A DNA stretch of 57,578 nucleotides from a virus (taxonomy: Duplodnaviria; Caudoviricetes). The stretch spans positions 1-57,578 of IMG/VR virus record IMGVR_UViG_3300017647_000281; one strand, written 5' to 3'. The notes beneath the pieces are model-generated. The model had not been told where the DNA came from, did not search any database, and saw only the letters and a program-made list of their open reading frames with translations. A program made the position numbers and the translations under genes. Shown here one piece after another: positions 52,101 to 57,578 of this stretch (position 1 is the first letter of the stretch; the number at the start of each line of letters is the position of its first letter).

Positions 52101-52141
52101 GGGTTGGGGTTGGGGTTGGGGTTGGGGTTGGGGTTGGGGTT
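52101..52141. repeat. (GGGGTT)n hexamer tandem repeat
   Basis: GGGTT followed by six perfect GGGGTT units. Confidence 0.95.
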
Positions 52142-52171
52142 CAGACTTAGAATCTAGCTTTCCTGAATCGA

Positions 52172-52444
52172 TTACTTAGCCAGCAGCTCCTCTACATCGG
52201 GGTTCTGTGCAAGAAAGTCGGCAAGACGGGTAAGGGCGTCTTGCGTTGGTGCTGGCGAAGGCCGATTGACCAGCTCCCATTCCAGACCATTGAAACGTGG
52301 CCATTGACCGTCAGGAAACGACTCCTGCGGTGCGATCAGAGTGCTGCGCGCCGGTAGGAGGAAAATACCCGGCTCCAGTGGCGACTCGTCCGCTTCGGTG
52401 ACGCCGATGAACAGACCGGCGGTGTCGAACAGATAGGCAAGCAT
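52172..52444 (-). CDS. Tail fibre assembly chaperone
   Basis: ADESPLEPG.FL.PA.ST..AP motif directly after the fibre gene. Confidence 0.8.
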   Translation of the reverse strand: MLAYLFDTAGLFIGVTEADESPLEPGIFLLPARSTLIAPQESFPDGQWPRFNGLEWELVNRPSPAPTQDALTRLADFLAQNPDVEELLAK

Positions 52445-52452
52445 GGAGCCTC

Positions 52453-54063
52453 CTAGTATTTGATGCAGACCAGCAATGCAACGTTGCGTGGCCGAGTTTC
52501 TAAGCCACCGGCACTACTGATGGTGATGCTGTGGCTGTGGGTACCAGCAGAGGCAATAGATAGGTTGTGGCTATGCTCTCCGCCACTACCTACGGAAACG
52601 CCATGGGTATGATCCCCCGCGGACGCTACGCCAACATTGTGCGAATGCAGACCTGCCGCAGAAGTCGTGTTTGTGCTTCCCAAGGCCTGCATGACAGAGT
52701 TGGGCCCCGCTGCTCCTTGGCCAACCCCCGGAGAGCCCAACGCAGCATGAGTATGCTGTCCCTGGGCATCAGTCCAAGCGCCGTGGGCGTGATTGCCCGC
52801 GGTAGCGGTGCTTGCGGCGTGATTGTGGGCGCCGGCGGAATTGGTCGTCCCCGTGTGAACATGGCCGCCAGCATCGGCAGTCGTCGCGCTGTGGATGTGG
52901 CTTTCCATGGCGCCGCTCTGCCAACTGCCCAGTACCCTATCACCATCGACACCACGACTATCGTCCCAGCCACGAATGAACTCGCCGCGTAGATCCGGCA
53001 GGTTGAAGGTGTTGAAACCATCGCCAGCGCCATGGGTCGTACCGATGGCGGCAAACAGGTCTGCATACGCCGTGCGACTGACGGCGGCGCCGTTGGCCTT
53101 GAGCCAACCCGTCGGTGCCGTGCTGCGCGCAAAAGTCGCCACCAAGCCTGCGGGAGCCATGGTCCGCGTCTCCGACTTGCTGAAGACGTCGAGGTTTGTC
53201 CGACCGGCAGCTTTGTCGATCACATCCGCCAGGTTGTTCCCGCGCTCCAGCGGTGCTGGCGCGCTGCCGGCCGGCTCGTTGTTCACCAAGGTGATGCGGG
53301 TGTTCGCAGCGTAGCTCTTGCCCAGCTTGAGTCGGGTGGGGATGTTCGCGTCGGGCTGCCACTCGTCGGCGCCGGTCCCCTTGTCCAGGCGCAGGCCGGC
53401 CACGTAGACCGCCAGGCCGTAGGTGGTAGTGACGGTCAGGTCGACGGTGGTCTGGTTGGCCGCCAGAAGCTGCTTCTCGGCCACCGTATCGACGGTGACG
53501 TTGATAGCATCCATCTCCTTCCACTGATAGTCACCGTCGGCGTTGCTCGCCTTGCCCAAGAACTGGGTAACGGTGCCGCCCGGAATGATCTGGGCGGCCT
53601 TCACGTTGCTTAGAACCCACTGCTGGGAGGCCACGGCGATGGCCGGGTCGACCTGCAGAGTGATGATCTGGGCATTGCTGACCAAGAAGTCGACGCGCAC
53701 CACTACATCGGAGAAAGCACCCTCGTCGACGGTGGGCTTGTAGGTGTCCGGCAAGGTGCCGACCACGAACATGGAGCCATGACTGTCAAAAACTGCGACT
53801 TCGCGCATAGTGAAGCCGCCGATGTCCGCCGGCACTACCAGTTCAGCGGTGAAGCGCTTCGGATCGGTGGGCGATTGGTAGACGCGGTTGACCGCCGCGC
53901 GGTAGCGCTCGCGCACCAGTTGGGTGTCGGTCTCCTGCGGATCGGTCGGGTTACCGTTGCCATCACCGACAGCCATGGTCGGTAGGTTGATTGGCACGCC
54001 GGCGGATTCCGCCTCGGCCATGGCCGTCAGGCCGTAGAAAGTGTGAATCGTCTTAAATAGCAT
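52453..54063 (-). CDS. Tail fibre protein with collar domain and HxH needle
   Basis: MAVGDGNG / GGFT.RE baseplate anchor, P.GWL.ANG..VSR..YA.LF, FNLPDLRGEFIRGWD, nine HxH motifs, ETRPRNVAL. Confidence 0.92.
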   Translation of the reverse strand: MLFKTIHTFYGLTAMAEAESAGVPINLPTMAVGDGNGNPTDPQETDTQLVRERYRAAVNRVYQSPTDPKRFTAELVVPADIGGFTMREVAVFDSHGSMFVVGTLPDTYKPTVDEGAFSDVVVRVDFLVSNAQIITLQVDPAIAVASQQWVLSNVKAAQIIPGGTVTQFLGKASNADGDYQWKEMDAINVTVDTVAEKQLLAANQTTVDLTVTTTYGLAVYVAGLRLDKGTGADEWQPDANIPTRLKLGKSYAANTRITLVNNEPAGSAPAPLERGNNLADVIDKAAGRTNLDVFSKSETRTMAPAGLVATFARSTAPTGWLKANGAAVSRTAYADLFAAIGTTHGAGDGFNTFNLPDLRGEFIRGWDDSRGVDGDRVLGSWQSGAMESHIHSATTADAGGHVHTGTTNSAGAHNHAASTATAGNHAHGAWTDAQGQHTHAALGSPGVGQGAAGPNSVMQALGSTNTTSAAGLHSHNVGVASAGDHTHGVSVGSGGEHSHNLSIASAGTHSHSITISSAGGLETRPRNVALLVCIKY

Positions 54064-54073
54064 GGGGAGTCCC

Positions 54074-54355
54074 TCATTGATCTTCGGTCAGGCCCAAACA
54101 CACCGAGGCGCATGGGGCTCGGCCTTGATGACTTCGGCGGGCTACTCGATGGGGGCCTCGGATCGTGCGTTGGCGTAGTAACCAGAACGCGGTCGCAGTG
54201 CCCCGCTTTCGACTGCTAGCAGGCCGTACCAGGTGCCGATGATGTCGATGGCCCCCATCCGCGGGTGACAGGCTGCCGTCCACGCCCTGGGCGGCGGCGA
54301 TGAGAGTGGTGCGCATGGCGGCCTCGTCTCTCTCCCGAATGTAATAGTCGATCAT
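54074..54355 (-). pseudogene. Degraded fibre-associated small gene
   Basis: MIDYYIR start then apparent loss of frame; follows the truncated fibre remnant. Confidence 0.45.
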
Positions 54356-54591
54356 GCGGTCAGGGCCTGGAGTTCAGCGTTGGTGAGGCGACGGGGGAAG
54401 TAGCGAATAGACCGCAGATGCCCCCACAACGAACCGGAGAACTGATTCCTACCCAACCTCAGTTCGGTATGTTTGTTGTAAGTCCGCTCCTGTGCTCGTA
54501 TAGATACAGCCGATCCGTTCACCAGCGCCGCAGTGGCCCCAGGCAGGATGTCGCCATTGGCGTTCTGGACGAAGTAGTTTTTGAGTTCCAT
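54352..54591 (-). pseudogene. Internally deleted second fibre/receptor-binding gene
   Basis: N-terminus MELKNYFVQNANGDILPGAT joined directly to a LamG-like C-terminus GHLRSIRYFPRRLTNAELQALTA. Confidence 0.55.
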
Positions 54592-54599
54592 AGCAGCCC

Positions 54600-55190
54600 T
54601 CAGACCGTGGCAGTGCCGTAGACCGGCAAGGCGGATTCGTTGATGACCAGACGCGGCGGCTGATAGTTGCTGACGCTCAGATCACTGCCGAGAGTGGTCA
54701 CCACGGCGACCGACAGCTCGGCCTGGCTCGTGACGGTGAGCAGCACTGTCTCGAGTTGCGAGCGCAGGTTCTTCGTGTTGGCTACCACCTCGAGCACTTT
54801 GGCTAGATCAACCTTGGTCAGAGCCCCCTGGTCAACGTCCAGCAGCAAGCGGAAAGTGTAAGGCTGGCCGGTCGGAGTCTGGTTGAACCACTCCTGCACG
54901 CGCACCGGCAGACCTAGGGCACCCAGCGCCCGACGTACAGCGCCAACGGTGCCCTTGATGCGTTGCACAGCTAATGCCTGCTTCACGGTGTCACGCTTCT
55001 GGCTCTCCGACCAATCGTCGGACCAGCTATCAACTGACCAAGCCCAGGCCAACCAGGGCAATAGGTTCAGAGGGCAGGTTTCCGGATTCCAAAGCGCTCG
55101 AACGAGTACCGGGATATCGGTTGCTCGAACACCGAACGCCTCAGCTGCTCGCTCAAGGGCTGTAGCGTTTATAGGCAAGAGACTAGTCAT
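54600..55190 (-). CDS. Tail protein I (P2 gpI)
   Basis: SLLP.NAT.LERA, LWNP.TCP..LLPWLAWA.SVD.W, KGT.GAV. Confidence 0.92.
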   Translation of the reverse strand: MTSLLPINATALERAAEAFGVRATDIPVLVRALWNPETCPLNLLPWLAWAWSVDSWSDDWSESQKRDTVKQALAVQRIKGTVGAVRRALGALGLPVRVQEWFNQTPTGQPYTFRLLLDVDQGALTKVDLAKVLEVVANTKNLRSQLETVLLTVTSQAELSVAVVTTLGSDLSVSNYQPPRLVINESALPVYGTATV

Positions 55191-56076
55191 CGCTCTGCTC
55201 CGCTACGGTCAGTTGAATCGACTCGCAAAAGCTTGCCTCACTAATCGCCACGGCAAGGTTGCTCGATGGCGAGCTCAGATCCACCCGCTGTACTCCCGGC
55301 TGGTGCAAGGCCGCGTAAATCCCGGACAGCGTCACTCCCTGTCCAAGTACATGCTGCGCCTTCGCATAGGACTCGGCAGCCGCCTGGGCGGCATCGCGTA
55401 CGACGGAAGCATCCGGTCCAGGTAACACGGTTAGTGTCGCAACGATGCTGTAACGAACGATGCTGGCAGACTGCACCGTCAATCGATCAGTCATCGGCCG
55501 AACCTCATCCGCATTCAGCACTTTAGCTACATTGGCCAACAAGACTTCGGATGCCATACCGTCGCCAATCCTGGATAGGACATACACGGTGACGGCGCCT
55601 GGCCCTGGACTGATAGCACTCACGTCAAGAACCTCCGGATCCGCACTGAGCCCATGAAAGATGTACGACTGCTCGCTACCGGCAGTCGTATAGCCCTCGA
55701 AGGACAGTTGGATACGTCGCCGATAATCCTCGTCGGCCTCATAGGCAGGCTGACGTGGAGGGATTGCCTTTGCATCGCCGGGATCGATCAGGAGGCGTTC
55801 GACCTGATAGTTGGCTCCGATCTGGTCAAGATCAGAACCAGTGGCATAAGCCAGCATCACAGCTCTGGCGGCGTCATTGACCCGGCCCCTGAGCATGACC
55901 TCACGATAGGCAGCGAGCTCAATCAGCTTGACGACGGGGTCCGACTCCAGAACAGCCGTCCAGCCGTCACCCATGCTTGATTGGAAGTAAGCCAATTGCT
56001 CTTGGTAGATGCTCTCGAAATCCAGGGGCTCTACCACGGCAGGCATCGGTAGTTGGGAGAGATCGATGATGTTCAA
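55183..56076 (-). CDS. Baseplate protein J (P2 gpJ)
   Basis: DLSQLP.P.VVE.LDFE, LESDP..KL, ND.ARAVMLA.A.GSDLD, VRP.TD. Confidence 0.93.
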   Translation of the reverse strand: MNIIDLSQLPMPAVVEPLDFESIYQEQLAYFQSSMGDGWTAVLESDPVVKLIELAAYREVMLRGRVNDAARAVMLAYATGSDLDQIGANYQVERLLIDPGDAKAIPPRQPAYEADEDYRRRIQLSFEGYTTAGSEQSYIFHGLSADPEVLDVSAISPGPGAVTVYVLSRIGDGMASEVLLANVAKVLNADEVRPMTDRLTVQSASIVRYSIVATLTVLPGPDASVVRDAAQAAAESYAKAQHVLGQGVTLSGIYAALHQPGVQRVDLSSPSSNLAVAISEASFCESIQLTVAEQSDD

Positions 56077-56399
56077 ATACTCACCTCCATGCTCAAGTTG
56101 TCACCCTGGTAGAGCCCGCTCAACAGCAGGCTGACGCGGCCATCGAGCACCGCGCTGACCTTCACCGATTGCAGGCGGATGCGCGGCTCCCAGCGCCCGA
56201 GGGAACGGGCGACCTCGGCCTGCACCGCGCTTTTCCAGCCTTCGCTGAGCGGCAGGTCGACCATGCGCCGCAGCTGGCTGCCGTATTCCGGGCGCATGCG
56301 CCGGCTGCCCAGGGGCGTGCCGAGGATGTCCTCGATGGATTGTTTCAGGTGCGCCAGGCCGCCCAGGGGCTGGCCGTTGCGCCTGTCCATGCCGATCAT
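56073..56399 (-). CDS. Baseplate wedge protein W (gp25-like)
   Basis: HL.QSI.DIL.TP.GSR.MRPEYGS, WEPRI. Confidence 0.92.
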   Translation of the reverse strand: MIGMDRRNGQPLGGLAHLKQSIEDILGTPLGSRRMRPEYGSQLRRMVDLPLSEGWKSAVQAEVARSLGRWEPRIRLQSVKVSAVLDGRVSLLLSGLYQGDNLSMEVSI

Positions 56400-56499
56400 G
56401 GCCGCGCCCTCCCCTGTGGCGGGCGGTTGTGCTTGCCCATGCTGTTCTCCAGAAACGAAGAGGCCCGCACGTGGCGGGCCTGTGGATGAAAGTGACGGT

Positions 56500-57063
56500 T
56501 CAGTGGGTGTGGTGGTTGCTGTTGCCGGTGGTGTCCATGATCGAGCCGCTGCTGGTGACGCTGCCTTGCACCGCCAGGTTGCCCTGGATGGCCACCTCGC
56601 CCTGCAGGCTGATCTGCCCGGCCTTGACGCTGACCGCGGCGTCGCTGACCAGTACCTGCGCCCCACCCACCTTCACCGTGACGCTGCCGCTGGGCAGCTC
56701 GATGCTGTAGCTGTGCGCGGCCCAGTCGTAGCTCAGGCTGCCGCCGTCGGCGAAGCGCCAGGTCTCGACGTGGTCGCGGCTGTCCGCCGGGGCGCCGGCG
56801 TCGCCGTACAGGCCGGGCACGAAGGTGCCCATGGCCAGCACCCCGGACGGGCTGAGCAATACGCCCTGCTCGCCGATGCCCGGTGCCCGCCAGTGCCGCG
56901 CCGGACCTGCGCCCTGGGCGTGCCAGCGGACCCAGGCACTGGTCCAGTCGCCATTGCGCACCCGCACCCGGGCGGCGGCCAGGTCCACGGCGACCACCAC
57001 GCAGGGCACGATCAGCGAGGCGAGCATGCGGTCGTGCTCGGCGCTCACGTAGGTCGGGTTCAT
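56500..57063 (-). CDS. Baseplate spike protein V
   Basis: W.AP..GEQ...LSPSG, F.DGG...YD, C-terminal HHTH. Confidence 0.92.
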   Translation of the reverse strand: MNPTYVSAEHDRMLASLIVPCVVVAVDLAAARVRVRNGDWTSAWVRWHAQGAGPARHWRAPGIGEQGVLLSPSGVLAMGTFVPGLYGDAGAPADSRDHVETWRFADGGSLSYDWAAHSYSIELPSGSVTVKVGGAQVLVSDAAVSVKAGQISLQGEVAIQGNLAVQGSVTSSGSIMDTTGNSNHHTH

Positions 57064-57578
57064 GCCAGGTCCTCCGGGGCGAAGTAGTCGGCCTCGTGGC
57101 CGGGGCCGGTCTGCGGCTCGATGCCCAGCAGCAGCGAGCCCGGCGGCTGGTCCTCCCAGGGCCATTCCGGCGTGCCCAGCAGCAGCGGCTGGTCCCACTC
57201 CAGCAGCCAGACGCGGTAGGCCTCGCTGGCTTCGGGCCGGGCCTGGACGAAGGCGGCCGGCTCCAGCGGCAGGTCCCAGGTCTGCGCACGCAGCAGGACG
57301 GCGATCAGCGAAGCCAGCTGCAGCACCAGCACTTCCGCCTCGGCGTCGTCGCGCTGCAGCAGCAGGCGTGCCTGCAGCCGGCACAGCAGCGCCGTCTCGC
57401 CGGTGCCGGGGTCGCGGCCCGGCGCCAGCGCGGCGTATTCCAGCAGCAGCGCGGGTAGCTGCGGGGTGGCCGTGCCCAGTGGGCCGCGCAGTATCTGCAC
57501 GGCCTCCGGCAGTACCGCGCGCAGCCGCTGTTCGACGGCGGCCAGCAGGCTTTCGAGGGTCAACTCCTGGTCAGGCAT
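57060..57578 (-). CDS. Tailocin tail completion/terminator-like protein
   Basis: [13 protein letters not shown] motif; immediately upstream of gpV. Confidence 0.72.
   Translation of the reverse strand: MPDQELTLESLLAAVEQRLRAVLPEAVQILRGPLGTATPQLPALLLEYAALAPGRDPGTGETALLCRLQARLLLQRDDAEAEVLVLQLASLIAVLLRAQTWDLPLEPAAFVQARPEASEAYRVWLLEWDQPLLLGTPEWPWEDQPPGSLLLGIEPQTGPGHEADYFAPEDLA

Larger units (their letters stand above)
44621..57578 (-). mobile_element. R-type pyocin-like tailocin cluster (P2-like contractile tail), continues beyond the window
   Basis: Order V-W-J-I-fibre-chaperone-sheath-tube-E-TMP-U-X-D-lysin-Rz-Rz1 ending next to trpG; no head genes in view. Confidence 0.82.

Noticed and set aside
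44621-57578. Second complete P2-like prophage
   Set aside because: No capsid, terminase, integrase or replication genes in view, and the order and trpG adjacency match an R-type tailocin; the upstream part is outside the window, so this is not fully excluded.

Overview
High-GC Pseudomonas-type chromosomal region with two phage-derived elements. (1) Positions 1 to ~44,300 hold a near-complete temperate siphovirus prophage; its left att is outside the window. Late genes are on the minus strand: Q-like regulator, holin, lambda-type terminase/gpW/portal, protease-capsid fusion, tail genes, and a separate endolysin-spanin block. It also has a Rep-DnaC-DnaB replication module, a cI/cro switch with GTTTAG-N4-CTAAAC operators at two sites ~4.1 kb apart, an early-left operon, an AlpA-like excisionase and a P4-type integrase. 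The right junction contains the first six codons of trpG (MLLMID), so the phage appears to have integrated into the 5' end of trpG. (2) Positions ~44,600-57,578 hold the distal part of an R-type pyocin-like (P2-like contractile tail) tailocin cluster with its lysis genes. The most interesting material is accessory or non-coding: a 110-aa HNH nuclease behind a ~150-nt densely structured RNA, an SDH-type protease plus small-protein moron, an ImmA/IrrE peptidase plus membrane-protein pair, a two-membrane-protein cassette in the lambda rex position, a tRNA-shaped kissing-loop RNA in the late leader, a sar-like antisense RNA, a stand-alone sRNA, an orphan DGR-target-like gene, and a (GGGGTT)n tract in the tailocin. 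All family assignments come from motif recognition and gene order, not database searches.
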